64,000 nt of DNA from Octopus vulgaris. Its lineage: Eukaryota. The notes beneath the pieces are model-generated. The model saw nothing but the letters and a program-made list of their open reading frames with translations, searched no databases and was not told the origin of the DNA. Where the stretch lies: contig OX597823.1 in NCBI GenBank assembly GCA_951406725.2, forward strand, positions 117,924,001-117,988,000. The letters are read 5' to 3'. Position numbers and translations under genes: made by a program. Below, piece by piece: positions 12,144-25,979 of the stretch; position 1 is the stretch's first letter; every line of letters begins with the position of its first letter.

Positions 12144-15100
12144 CTTTCATTTCTGCAACCAAATTTGCTAAGCCTGTCCCTCCCTAAAGCCCAACCGACC
12201 AACAGATGTAGATGGTATCTCTGCTATTATTTTCATATAACACATTTATCATTTACATCTAGGTCACTCAATTTTAATATTCCTTGCACTCTTACCAACA
12301 AACATGAAGCATTAGTGATTTTCTCCTACTTCTCTCTCTCTCTCTCATTAAACCCTCCCACTGTCATAACAGTTTCATATTTCATATTGTCGCCTCAATC
12401 GCTATTTCACCACTTAATAGTCACACTTCATTCACCCTCAAACCTTAGTTCATCTGCAATTTCCCTTTCCCATACTCACTCCATTGGTCATTTTGCCCAG
12501 AACAGATTTAACAAAAACAGTGAACAAGGCAAGTCATGGGTGGTGCACCCAGTACACTCTGTAAAGTGGTTAGCAAACAATGAAGAAACCAGAAACTTGC
12601 ATGAGTCATTCAAATCTTGTTGAAGACAACTACCTCTCTAGTGCCATGATAAAATGCACTCAGTACACTTTGTAAAGTCCTTGGTGTTATGAAGGGTATC
12701 TAGTAGAAACCATTGTATATATAGTAAGAGCATTTCTCTCTTCCTCCCACTGCTCGTAGAAGCCTTGCAAAGAATCATGAGCACTGTTCTTCCCTCTTTG
12801 ATTAAATGGTAAAAGAAAAAACTAAAACTGACAAATAGATCAAGTTAAATGCAGTGAAGGATCGAATGGTACAAATGTTAAAGGGGATTGGCCAGAGGCT
12901 GGGTTGGCAGGAATTCATCAGGGAAATTATGAAAGAGATAGAGAAGGAAAATAGACGTAGACAAAGTGAAACAAAAAAAAAATTGAAAGAAAAAGAGGAA
13001 ATTGAAAGCCAGGAAAGAAAGAAACAGTACAATAAAATAACAGAAACAGGAGAGGGAAAATAAAGGAAAATAAGCAGACATAAAGAGATGGTAAAAAAGA
13101 AAGAGAAAGAAAGGAAATAGAAAGATGCAAATGTTAAGTCTCTCCCTCTGTGACCCAACACCACCCACAGAGCAGCCCAGCACAGCCGAAAGATTTATCT
13201 TTTCATCTAATTTGCATCAAGTGTATTTGACAACTTTGGAAGCTGAGAAGAGATAAATGAAACTGGAGAAAGCTTTCTTTGCTATTGCATCACCTGACAC
13301 TGTTTTCAAAACAGACAATAAATCAAGAAGAGAAATGGCAACCCTTCTTATTCATTATATCAAAACACTTAGCAACACTAATAGTAATATCATTACATTG
13401 AATAGTATACACATTCATCAAGAAATAGTACATATTTAAAGAAAAAAAAATGCTGAGGACTTTGCCACTACAAACTACAAAATGTTTTAGTGGAATTACT
13501 TAAACACTAGAAACATCATATGTTTTCCTTCCAGACCATAACTTAATACCCTCCATTTTAAGAAACACAAGCAAAATGATAAAATCAAAAAGTACAAAAG
13601 CTCTGACACGTTACATATATCGTCTCACCATTTTCCACACACAGCTGCACAATCATTTCAACTCTATATGATCCACCTACAAAACTGGCTCCAAACAAAA
13701 TCCCAGCCAACGTCACGAAGAACATTATTTACATTTAACTACCACAATCAATAACATACTATGAGTAAATGAAAGAATCTATATGGTCACTCAGCCTACT
13801 AGAAATAGCAGCCAAACTCCCTAAAAAATCACACTACCATCTTAAAGATGAAAAAAGCACATCAGATAATATTTACTTAGATACAATGTTTCTCTTATGT
13901 TACTGCCCTAGTACTATCTCTTCTGTTTCTCCCTCCTCCACCGCCTTCACACACCAATAAATTTGTTCCTCCCATCATACTTTTGCTTCTTTCACCATCT
14001 CACCCTAAACTCAGCTTCTATCATCATTCTCTCTCTTGCCTTGCAAATTACAAAGCAACTTCACTAGTGCTGGTGCCACATTCTGTAAAGTGATTAATGA
14101 ATCAAGCAAAGTCACCATAGGGTCAACAGAACTCTTAGCCTTGCCAAGGGCAGACAACCTTACTGGTTCTGGTGTCATGATAAAGTTCACCCAGTATAAT
14201 CTGTAAAGCAGTTGGCATTTGTAAAGGCTTCCAAAGAGGGAAACCATGCCAAAACTGAGATGTGCAAGCTAGGCATGGTCCTCTGAAATGTTTAAATGAA
14301 CAATAATTTTGAATAAGAACCAACTAGGACACTCACAAATGGGAGAATGAAAAGAACCATCACTAAAAAAGCAGACTAATATATAGATTAACACAGTGTG
14401 GAAAAAATTCAGATTTATTGACTCTACGCATGACAAAGTTAGGGAACTTCAATGTAACCAACAAAGGCTAAATATACTGCCATTATCTCCATATGAAAGT
14501 CAACACCAACAACAAACTTGCATCAAACAATACTATGAAAGCAACAAGTACCACCAGTATACCAAAGCCCAAGGACATCACATTTAAAATTAAGAGCAAC
14601 CACATAAAGATAACAAAAAATTAGAAACACTCATAGTCTTCAATAATACAAAAAACAATGCTGTAACTCTAATGCAAAACCTTTCAAATTCCTAATTACA
14701 TCCTGATAACATAAGGCTGACCAAACTATGGTGGTGGCTTTATAACAAACCTGAATTCATACATCTAATACATCCATCCCACAAATGAAACCAAGTACTA
14801 ACAAAACATGACACACCAGAACTGTAAGAATTTGGAATAAAAATCAGCAATATGAAACATATTGGATATGTAGGTGCATGGATGACTGTGCAGTCAAGAG
14901 GTTTACTTCACAACCATAAGGCCCATTATTTGATCTCCCTGCACAGTACTTTAGGCAAGTACCTTCTACTATAGTTTTGGATTGACCCATAACCTTGCAA
15001 ATGAAATTTAGTAAACAGAAACTGTGAAAACCATCAGAAAATGTGTGTGAGTGTGTAAGTTTGTGTGTGTGAATGTGAAAAGGCAAGTAGATATAGATAT

Positions 15101-15269
15101 GTGTCTGCATGTGTTATGTCTGTGTTTATATCAGTCTAAAAAATGTTTATATGTCCTATAACCTAGCAAATATAGCACCAACCATACCTATCACTTCTCT
15201 TCTTACCAGTAAAACCAAAACATATCAGATACTACCAACCATAACACTCACCAACAATAACCCAGTAAA

Positions 15270-15470
15270 GGAGCATTCATGCAAATTCTCAACATGCTAG
15301 AAATACAAACTAAATCTCACTCAAACCACACACTGCTGTCTCAAAAGTAAAAGACATGAGATAATGTAGTCTTAGATACTCTTAAAAATGTGTGATGTCA
15401 TGCCTGGAATGCTTCTTATCATTGGTCAGCTCAGTTAAGGCTGACATGAAGGTTACACAAGAGCAACAAT
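15270..15470 (+). repeat. Unclassified dispersed repeat (CTAGAAATA-CAGCCAAA family, CAA-rich end)
   Basis: Related stretches occur at ~13780-13890, ~15790-16435 (split by the RTE) and ~36980-37120. Confidence 0.55.
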
Positions 15471-15818
15471 ATAAACATACCACATATACAAGGTGAAACT
15501 ACTAGGAATTATACAACAGATTTATAACATTCAGTATTTATGTTACAAGATATTGTAAAGGGAAAAGGCATGTTGGAAACTCATAGATACTACATTTAAC
15601 CAACACAAATGATCAACACTAGCACAAAAAATTTATTTAGGTCCATCATGAATTATTATAATTTTAACTAGGTCTCCAATCTCTCTACAGCAAACACAAA
15701 ATAGTACTCTTCTCACATGCTTCACTCACAGACTGCATATGCAATGGAACAAAATTAGTCTGAATCAATGGGGATGCCTCTATCTGATCATTTAACCTCC
15801 TAGTAATACAAGTCTATA

Positions 15819-15876
15819 TCTTGATCAACTCACACCCTATGATCTTTTAAGATCATAGGGTGTGAGTTGATCAAGA
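15819..15876. repeat. Perfect 28-bp inverted repeat with 2-nt spacer
   Basis: TCTTGATCAACTCACACCCTATGATCTT tt AAGATCATAGGGTGTGAGTTGATCAAGA. Confidence 0.95.
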
Positions 15877-15972
15877 CATACATTGAATAATGTAGTCCTT
15901 GATACACTATATCTGCAAAAAAGAAAAAAAGATAGCAATGTCACCAATAGAACACCTTTGATCATAGGTTTG

Positions 15973-16385
15973 AACCCGACGCATTGATTGGGTTTCTATA
16001 GCCGGTCTTCATCATCGCCTGAATCTCCGGCCCCTCCCTTCAGTGCTTCTACAAGGTGGTTCAGTCATGCGGCCCCACGTCCAGAGGGTGAGCTGATTCG
16101 CAATGTCTTCCTCCCACCTCCACTTCCCAACTAGCGCAAACGCACGGGCGGGCAGCTGAAGACCTGGGCAACGACAATAAAGGAGGACCTCTCCAAACTC
16201 TCAGGTCCGCAGGTGGTCGGTCTGCGCAGATGGAACCGCAAATGGCTCGCTATCTCCAGTGACCTCGCACAGGACTGTCGAAGGTGGGCCACCATGGTTT
16301 GTGATGCTGTGAGGACCAGAGAAGAAGCTGGCTCAACCCGCCCTGGATGAACACCATCACAAGTACAAGTAAGAACAAGTAGTAA
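15973..16385 (+). mobile_element. 5'-truncated RTE-clade LINE (3' end) with 13-bp TSD
   Basis: Reads RWFSHAAPRPEGELIRNVFLPPPLPN*RKRTGGQLKTWATTIKEDL...LAQDCRRW...AGSTRPG*, then a CAAGTA-type tail. TSD GATCATAGGTTTG lies at 15960-15972 and 16386-16398. Confidence 0.88.
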
Positions 16386-17139
16386 GATCATAGGTTTGTT
16401 CAATCATAGTTGACCTAAGGCTAAATAACAATAACAGAAATACAATAACACTTGAACAAAAGAAGCACAATTTCTTTCCACAGCCAGTGCCAACCCTCAC
16501 TGTATAAACCCATAAACATTGACAACATGCCAGAACACAATTATAATCACATCCTATGAACACTAACCTTCTCACTTAGTTCAGACTAACATAAAAGACA
16601 CACACACACATACATAAAAGCATCATCAACACCTTCATTAGTCTTAAAAACTGTTTTGGGATGTACACCACCCATGACAAGTGCAGAGAACAATAACTTA
16701 CACTTTGATCAAGTTCACTTCAACTGCCTCCACTGCAGCCACCACAAGAACCTGCAGGCATGCAGAAACAGCCTGCAGTCTGTAACAATGCATCCCTTAT
16801 GATAAACTACTGCATATCAATATGTGCAACTACTGCATATATGTGCAATGAGATCAATAACTATGTGAAGAGAAAATATATTTGGAGTACTGGAACAACT
16901 GGGGTGTCCTTTGTTGTCCGACCAACTGCCAATATGATTTGCTCCATAGTATTGACCCAAGGCTGACCAACAGCAATGTGATACTTTAGAACTTTAGACT
17001 CACAGTACTAATACATATTATGTGCTGCTCATACCAACTGATATATTTAATTGCTTATATGTTCTATTTAAACTACTACTAATACTGCCAAAGAGCTAAT
17101 AAAATAAAGCTTCCTTTAAGTCACTGTTACAATGACCTC

Positions 17140-18100
17140 TTGCATTTGATAGCATTTCCAAAAACTTACCCTCTACACAACCAACCTACACAATGGCACT
17201 CCAGCATGGCCTTGACAATGAATGACATCGAACATTCACACTCAACCATTACACAGATTTTCAATTAACATCAAGTGTTAGATATTTTCAACAAGGACTG
17301 AACTACTGCAAGCAAACAATAATATTCTCAGCACAATTGACACCAGTAAAGCTTTCAACTTTTTCTGTGAAAAAGAAAAATTCGAGCAATGCAATGTTAT
17401 TTATTATTAAACAAATTGCTCCAGATCCAGTTTCATAAATAGAATCCTTTAAAGGATCTATTATATCATAGCTTTTTCATCTACAATCACACAATCCATC
17501 CAAAACTCATATCATTATCATATCCTCCCACATTAAACTAAAAATTGCATGTCAACCGCAACAATACCTGGATAAGTTAAAAATCTAGAATCATGAGAGA
17601 ATTGAGGAACTACGACGAAATTCCAATGTTAACACTACTCATAGGAAAAGTTAAAAAGCATGCTTCATATTGCATAACCCACTTAATGTCATCGTCCTGT
17701 ACAAACACATGCATACCAATAAAGACACAGAAGTTATAACCAACAAAGCTAAACAAAAACTTTTAACACACAAAACACACAACACAAAATAAATTCTCAA
17801 ACAATTACATCAAGTGCTTTATGGACTTTGCTAGATTTTTGTGTCATGTCCTAAACACTGTAACAAATTTCAGCATAGGACTAACCATTTAAAGCAATCT
17901 TTTACTCATAAGGAGTGATACATACCCATAGAATATCTCCAAAACAAAATACTTAAATTCAAGGGTCACCTGGACATACAAGAGGTGAAAATTCATGGTT
18001 TCAGCTTGTTCAAACCTGTACATCATCTTTTAACAGATTGACTTACAAACTTACAAGCCACTTGATGTATACACCCAAATACTACATCTTTAACATTATA
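17140..18100 (+). mobile_element. Highly decayed non-LTR retrotransposon RT remnant
   Basis: An IDTSKAFN stretch near 17335-17360 resembles the RT D..KAFD motif, within A/C-rich LINE-like sequence. No long ORF survives. Confidence 0.35.
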
Positions 18101-18212
18101 TACTCACTCGCCCACAAAATATATGTAAGAAAACATACATAATAAAACAAGTGAAAAACTAATTTCCTCTCTCACCTCAAACCGTTTGCTAAGCTGCCAA
18201 ATACTAATAATA

Positions 18213-19171
18213 TTGGGTTGTCCGGAAAGTTCTTGCCGAATTATAGTAGCTTACCTTTCGACTTATTTTAGAAGATGGTTGAGTCCATAAAATAGGATTT
18301 GACTACACCTCCAGTTAGAGTACAGTTTAAGCTATCTTTTCGTGGAAGAAGGTTTATGTTTCTATAACCTGTTTTAATTGTGTAACCCTTTAAAATGGAA
18401 AATAAGAAAATTCATTTTCAGCACTTGATGCTTTTCTTTTTCTGTAAGGGGAAAAATGCCTCACAAGTAACCAAAGAAATATGCGCAGTTTATGGTGATG
18501 TTTCTTTACCCGAAAGAACTGCACGGAAGTGGTTCACAAGGTTCCGAGCTGGAGATTGTAGCCTTATTGATAAAAAGCTATCAGGCAGACCATCCACTAC
18601 AAATGATGACCAAATCAAGTCATTAATTAAGAATAACCCACATTGCACAACCCGAGAATTGTAGAAAGCCTCAACCTATCAAAATCCATCATTCATGAGC
18701 ACCTGGTAAAGCTTGGATACACAAATCGCTACAATGTTTGGGTACCATATGAGTTGAAAGGGAAGAACCTTTTGGATAGCATTTCCATCTGTGATTTGCT
18801 TTATAAATGGAATGAAAATGCACCTTTTTTTAAAGCAAATTTTTTTTTAAAGCTCGGCTGGGATGTGTTACCCCACCCTCCATATTCACCAGATATTGCT
18901 CCTTCGGAATTCCACTTATTCAGGTCTCTGCAGAATAGTCTTAATGGTAAAAATTTCAATTCCTTGGATGACATAAAAAGATACCTTGATGAATTCTTTG
19001 CCATGAAACCACCTTGATTCTGGGAAGAGGGTATTTTCAAATTAAAAGAAATATGGATATGCATTGTGCAACAAAATGGTTCATATTTGGTTGATTAAAA
19101 ATGTAATGCCAAGTATTTACTGACCTTTTACTTTCCTTTAAAAATCGGCACAAACTTTCCGGACAACTCAA
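18213..19171 (+). mobile_element. mariner-family transposon, internally deleted
   Basis: TIRs TTGGGTTGTCCGGAAAGT / ACTTTCCGGACAACTCAA with TA flanks. MENKKIHFQHLMLFFF...GRPS, WVPYEL and HPPYSPDIAPSEFHLFRSL are present, but the central catalytic segment is missing. Confidence 0.92.
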
Positions 19172-19469
19172 TATATACTAACTAGTCAAGATTAGTATGT
19201 GCCGACCAAGTCTGTTTATACTGCTCCCGCTATAGTTACCAAATAGATCCCCAGATGAACTAAAACAGGTTGTTCAATAAATTGGAGGGTAAATGCTCTG
19301 ATTATCACAATACTCAGAACACTAGAAAATATTGCATGAAAGAATACGCAACACGATTCTTTATCATAGCTATTGTACTAGACTTGTGAGTCACTCTTAA
19401 CTCTTTCAATACCAACTCACCCAAAATCACACCAGTCTTGCATAACCAACATTTACAGATAATCTCTAG

Positions 19470-19773
19470 TAGTGGTTCTTAACTGGGGTCCATATGGTCT
19501 TTGGCAGTCTTTTTTTTTTCTCTAGTTTCAGCTCAGAGCTGCGGCCATGCTGATGCACCATATAAGATTTTATTAAAATTTATCTACAATTGGTTTTACT
19601 TCTACAATACCCACAATATTTAAATTTTTTTATACAGTTTCTAAAAATATTTAATTATAAAAATTCAGTAAGACCATTTTTTATATATATATACTGTGAA
19701 TGGCTATGGAGGTCCAGTAGAGTAGATTATGAATCAAAGGAGTCCATAAGCAAAAAATGGTTGGGAATCACTG
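19470..19773. mobile_element. hAT(Charlie)-like MITE
   Basis: Ends TAGTGGTTCTTAAC...GGTTGGGAATCACTG next to TCTAG sites. It is an inverted relative of 27842-28474. Confidence 0.6.
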
Positions 19774-19784
19774 ATCTAGACCAG

Positions 19785-19947
19785 TCATCATCATCATCCT
19801 CGTTTAATGTCCGCTTTCCATGCTAGCATGGGTTGGACGATTTTGACTGAGGCCTGGTGAACCAAATGGCTGCACCAGGCTCCAATCTTGATTTGGCAGA
19901 GTTTCTACAGCTGGATGCCCTTCCTAACACCAACCACTCCAAGAGTG
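19785..19947 (-). mobile_element. (GAT)n-tailed retroposon, 3' part
   Basis: Reverse complement of the 1815-2033 family. Confidence 0.75.
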
Positions 19948-20532
19948 ATTATAATAAAACTTTTATGTACATATATTTGTCTCCATAAAAACATACTTTT
20001 TCCCATCACCAGCTTTTCATGTATAAAGTTAAAGTACTACCAATGTTTCAGGTATGTTGGCTAAAACAAGCAGAACAACAGGCCTTACCTAGGAACGTAA
20101 CCCCTCTTTTTGAGATAGCAGTAATCAAATAACCAGTTAACAGACTCAGGTATGGATCACTAAGTGCAGGCGTTGATGTGTAGTTAACAAGTTTGATTCT
20201 CTATCATGTGGTTTTGGTTCAGTCCCACTGCACAGCACCAAGAGCAAATGTCTTCCACTTTAACCCTGGGCCAACTAAACCTTTATGTGTGGATTTGGAG
20301 GGGAGTGTGCGTGCATGTGTGTGTGTGTTTACATTTGTGCTTCTCAGAAAGTTGCAAGCTGCAGCTATCATGTTTTTATGATTTATCCTGACCAACAAAT
20401 CATTTTCTGGCTTTGTGCCTTCTAAGACATATGAAGTAAGACATCCCTTACATGAAAAACAGGTAAGAATCAGTAACAAGAAGAGCATCTGGCTGCAAAA
20501 CAATGTTTCAGTAACATATCTGTCTAATATAT

Positions 20533-20840
20533 TTTGTTGTTTGTTCCTTCTCAAGCCACACCTGGCTCATAGGGCCGGTTTCCCGGTTTCCTTGGTGTAT
20601 AGGTTCCCCACCTGGATGGGACGCCAGTCCGTCGCAGGTGAGCTGTAAGAGGCAGGAGGAAAGAATGAGAGAAAGTTGTGGCCAAAGAGTCAGCAGAAGT
20701 TTGCCATTACCTTCTGCCGGAGCCATGTGGAACTTAGGTGTTTCGCTCATAAACACACACATTACCCAGTCTGAGATTCGGACCCGTGATCCCTCGACTG
20801 CAAGTCCGCTACTCTAACCACTAGGCCATGTGCCTCCACT
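20533..20840 (-). mobile_element. Full-length tRNA-derived SINE with 12-bp TSD
   Basis: Head GTGGAGGCACATGGCCTAGTGGTTAG...GGGTCCGAATC, V-domain-like CCTGCGACGGACTGGCGTCCCATCCAGG and a CAA tail. TSD TGTCTAATATAT lies at 20521-32 and 20841-52. Confidence 0.85.
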
Positions 20841-21387
20841 TGTCTAATATATGCTAAAATGTAAAAACAAATAAATGAACTCCACTAGTAGTCTACCAAA
20901 TTCATGAAAACAAAGAGAACAATATCTAAGAACATAAGTACTGTGATGGTGCTGTTGCTATTGAGTTTGTTTTGTTTTGTTTTTTTATCTATTCAGTGAC
21001 ATGAAATGGATCATGAGATTATCTGTCAGTAAACAAATACACACACACACACACAAAAGAAATCAATCACAGTTAAATACAACTACATATAATCCTTCAG
21101 AACAGAGTAAGCAAATCAATAGTTATTAACTGGAGTGAGGTTAAATGGTATGACTATTTAGAATTGTTAATAGAGCACAAATGAACCTAGGTGTGATAAA
21201 CTAACAACAGAGCAATCCTGATGTATTCTCACAGAATATAAACCAACCCAAGTGTGATAAATGAACAACAAAGCCATCTAGATATAATAGTACTATAGCT
21301 AATATCTTGATACTTCATCAGTAATGTGACTTTCTATTAGAATAGTTATGTGAGGAAATTAACAATTCTGATAACATTCAGAATTAA

Positions 21388-21604
21388 CCCTTTGGCATTT
21401 AAACCGGCCATATCCGGCCCAAAATATTCTACCTGTTTTACATTCAAACTGACTGGATCCAGCCTCTTACAGTAATCCTACAATGCCATGCTAAAAATAA
21501 ACAATAACATCATCAAAATCTCAAAGCTACAAGATAATGCATGAGTTATTTAAATCAACATAAATAAGCATTACACTTGATAAAATAATCTGAATACTAA
21601 CGGG
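21388..21604. mobile_element. TTAA-flanked (piggyBac-like) MITE
   Basis: TTAA|CCCTTTGGCATT...AATACTAACGGG|TTAA. Other copies lie at ~43377-43972 and ~10340-10462. Confidence 0.75.
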
Positions 21605-22289
21605 TTAACTCATTCACAAAATACATCAGACATTGCCATTATATACCAATTAACCCTTTAACTGCAAAATCTCATGTCATGGTTATTCAAATAATGATAT
21701 TAAACATCTACCAAAAATAGAATTGGTATTTTCTGTAAGTCACATTGCCTCAGAAAATTTGACATATCGCAACAGAAAATAGTTTGAAACTTGACTTACT
21801 TCAACAAAAGATAGACTAGTATATAAAACTGTTTTCAGTAATTAAGGGTAATGAAATTTTGAGTGAATATATTTGCTTCTTGAGGTAAAAAGGTTAAACA
21901 TCACAAATTGTTTAACAATAACCAATATAACTGAATGAAAAACAGCATTACATTTCAAGACAATGATAATAAGCTAAGAGCAAAGGATCTGCAGGCTATC
22001 ATCTCCACACTCAATAGCTCTAACTTTAAAGAATATTTAAAGAAACTTCTAAATCAGATACATAAACTTTACAAAGAACTTCAGTTATTTATGTTCTTGT
22101 CTCATTTAGTTTTCAAGAATATCACAAGAATTATCAATGCACAAATCAGTTGAAATAAAAATAATTATACACTTTGTATATGGTATCCTCTTCGATATTA
22201 GAGAAGGATATTGTATTTCAATGTCCTATATTAACATATGTAATAGAAGAGACATTGCCCTTCAGACAGTTTTCTGTTATTCATAATCT

Positions 22290-22490
22290 TTTCTACTCTA
22301 AGCACAAAGCTTGAAATTTTGCCTGTCAATTAGATCGACACCAGTACACAACTGGTACTTAATTTATCGACACCAAAAGGATGAAAGGCAAAGCTGACCT
22401 CAGCAGAATTTGAACTAAGAACATAAAGACAGACGAAATACCGCTAAGCATTTTGCCCAGTGTGCTAATGTTTCTGCCAGCTTGCCGCCT
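22290..22490 (-). mobile_element. SINE with MetaSINE-like domain
   Basis: Same head and central block as 11873-12143. Confidence 0.72.
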
Positions 22491-22496
22491 TGTTTC

Positions 22497-22549
<53 letters not shown>

Positions 22550-22584
22550 TAAATACATATATATACACACACACATACATACAA

Positions 22585-22742
22585 GGTCTAGGCATGACTG
22601 TGGTTAAGAAGTTTTCTTCCCAACCAGGCGATTTTCAGGTTCAGTTCTACTGCATAACACCATGAGCAAGTGCCTTCTGTTATAGCACCACATCAACAAA
22701 AGACTTGTGAGAGGATTTGGTAGCTGGAAACTGAAAGGAGTC

Positions 22743-22778
<36 letters not shown>

Positions 22779-23030
22779 ATATCTGAAAGTGTTCTTGTCT
22801 CCTAGTCTTGACATTATGCAATAGTCATAAACAAGCATCACTGTCATATAAGCAGCATTGCGCATTTCCAATCATCAATAAAAACATGTCTAGCCATGGG
22901 GAAATATTTCCTTGCTTGGAAATAGATATGGGTTGGTGAGGGGAAAAGCAACCAACTTTAGAAAATCTGCCTCAAAGAATTCCATCTAACCCAGGCAAGC
23001 ACAGAAAAGTGGATATCAAAACAATGACTA
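22585..23030 (+). mobile_element. tRNA-derived SINE with internal microsatellite and RTE-like 3' part
   Basis: The head is shared with the 43518 family, followed by internal (CT)n. The tail GGTTGGTGAGGGGAAAAGCAACC...AAGCACAGAAAAGTGGA is shared with 46990-47230. Confidence 0.7.
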
Positions 23031-25110
23031 TGTATATATATATGTATGTATATATGATTATATCATTCTATGCAAGCTGTGCACAGAGATTACTGCCCTC
23101 CATTTCTGCAATTCAATAATCCAGCCGACAAACCTAAAGCATCTTTGCCAAACACAACACACTGGTGACTAAGTGACATGAACATTCTGCCTAGTTTAAC
23201 ACGTGGCATGACTTCACCAACCATCTGTTTTTCACTGAGTTATCACTACATCCATGTGACAGTAACTGACCATCGCACATTAAACTCTCTCTTTCTCTCC
23301 CACTCGGTAATACAGAATTTATTTCACACCACCTCATGTCTTAAGTACTGATGTTGCAAATGCACCAAATACTGGGCACTGAACGCTAAGTGACATTTAA
23401 TATCATTTCTGCTTTACTATGTGGCATGCTTCCTTACAGGATCTGCTGCCACTGAATTATCACTAGACCAATGTCACCCAAACTGATCCCTCTGAAAAAA
23501 AGGAAGCCCTCTTGTTTTTATCTCATTTCACATCTGAATATCCAGTGGACATCTTTTCACATCCATAAAACTTTAAATAATACAAGGAGCTAAGTCAACT
23601 TGTTGCTCAGAATATAGATGGATGTAAGAATGGAAACAGAAATGAAAGGGGGAGAGTAAGGTGGAAGGATACAAGTATGATACAGTTAGTTGAAGTACTA
23701 TCAGAATCATGAGATTTTTCCTCTTACACCTCTGACTTGAGATATAAAAACTTCACACTGTACTCATACACAAACATCACCATGCTGACCTATAACGTAT
23801 GTAATTACACACATTGCTATCATGGTGTACTATTATTCTTGATGCTAGTTGATTATTCAAAAGTGTGTGAGGTGGTGGTGATGGTAGTGGTTGTATTGGT
23901 TTTGGTGATGAGTATTGTTGATAGTGACAGTGGTCACATTCTTCTTTTTAATTGTAGTTGTTTAGTCTCAAGTCAATCCTCATTGACTGCAAATCAAAAA
24001 CATTTCATTCAACTTCTAAAATACACTGAAGTACCACATCATCTTAAGCTATTTTCTTTTATTTTAGATGGAATTGCCTAGCTTATTCATACAGTAGCAA
24101 GACTAATTCCATAATTGCGCGTTTTAGACTTAAATAGTCTAAAAAGGGCTCCACGTGTAAGTCTCTAATGATTGGTCATGCAACTAGTCATGTGACACTG
24201 AAATGCTTGGTCAAGTCAGGCATTTGGATTGTTCTAGTCTTATGTGAGATACTGAGTTTGTATCCAATTGCATTGCACAAAAGGCCACCAAAAGTGGCAA
24301 AGTAAAAATGCTCATCTGAGTCCCTTTTTGTTAATAAATAACATGAGGTCTTTCATCTTAATTCAGAGGGGAGAGTTTGTTTTCAGGAAGCTGTGTCACA
24401 TGATTTTTGTTCCTTTTCTGAGTTGAAAAGCCAATTATACATGAATTTCATGACGTTCGCTGTATAATTTTATTCAGTAGAAGAATAAAATGTCGCTGTT
24501 AATTGAAAGCACATTTCTGGTATTTTTTCCACCTTTTTATATGCAATTCATGAAAAGCAAGGATTTGTAATAAGAGGGCCAGAGACACCTCCTTCCTGCT
24601 AAAATACTATTGCTACTGCTGTTGTTGATCATTAAGAAGTCAGTGAGTTGATAATGATAGTAGTTTGCATTGGTTTTGGTACCAATACTGGTTGTGCTGG
24701 TGTTGATAGAAAGTGGTAGTAGTAAAGGTTGATTTATAGCTAGGTAAGTAGGTAGATAGACAGATACTCATTGTGACCCTAGAAACTATTTACACACAAA
24801 TGATCACAGTGAAAAATTTCACTTCACACTCTGCACATATGTTTATAACACACACACACACACATTGTGATTATAGTTTTTCAAATTAACTACTTGATTT
24901 TAGTTAAATTGACAAGAAGCAACCTTTAGGAAGAATGTGTAGTTATTAAATTCTCAAAGGTGAAATCACAGACAATATTCTGAAAATAATGACCATGATT
25001 TACAATTCCTTAACCTGAAGTAGTTATAATGCAGGGGATGCTTGTGTGTGTGTGTATATACATGATCATCCTTCATGATAGCATGGAAGGTGGTCATTAA
25101 AAAATGATGA

Positions 25111-25144
<34 letters not shown>

Positions 25145-25635
25145 AAATCATCCACTTTCCATGCAGGCATGGACTGAACATTTTGAGAGGATTCAGTGAG
25201 TCGCAAGATCACATTGAGCTCCAATATCAGCTTTGGCATGGTTTCTATCACCAGCTAGATGCCCTTCCTAATGTCAACCACTTTACAAAATATACTGGGT
25301 GAGTTTTTCATGCCACCAATACTAGTCAGGATGTCATGTAACTTGCAAGATAGATTCAACTGCTGGACCCAGCAGCACATTGGGCCTTTTGAGCAAAGCA
25401 CTTCATTTCATTTTGTTCCAGTTTACTCAACTGAAATTGAGAACCAGCTGAATGCTGGTGCAATCACATCTTCAATGTTCTATTGAGTGAATGGTGGAAG
25501 ACCCAAGAGGGTGCTTATGTTTGATTGCAGTTATTTTGGAACCTACAACAATTAGTAAAAGCATGGTATTTGCTTCATGTTGTGTCCACTTGCAAGTGGT
25601 GGTTATGCTACATTTTATCTCATTTGTTCCTAAAT

Positions 25636-25979
25636 AAAGAGTAAAGACCCCCTTTGGTCGTGAATGAGCATGGGATTGTACCTAGAAAGTTCCTCTCCAA
25701 GGCACACGTCTGAGCCATGTTGTTTATAGAAGACCAGCAGTCGCCCATGCATACCAGCCTCCCCTCTCCATGCCACTGATGCTATCCAAGGCGAAGGCAG
25801 AGGCCAATACAGCTTGGCACCAGTGATGTCGTAACTCATTTCTACAGTTGAGTGAACTGGAGCAATGTGAAATAAAGTGTCTTGCTCAAGAGCACAACAC
25901 ACAGCCCAGTCCGGGAATCAAACTCACTACTTCATGATTATGAGCCGGATGTTCTAACCACAGAGCCATACACCTTCAC
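25636..25979 (-). mobile_element. tRNA-derived SINE
   Basis: Near full-length relative of 34848-35190, with A/B boxes at the right end. Confidence 0.8.

Noticed and set aside
11997-12623. 208-aa plus-strand ORF
   Set aside because: It starts in an antisense SINE, runs through low-complexity sequence and has no recognisable domain.
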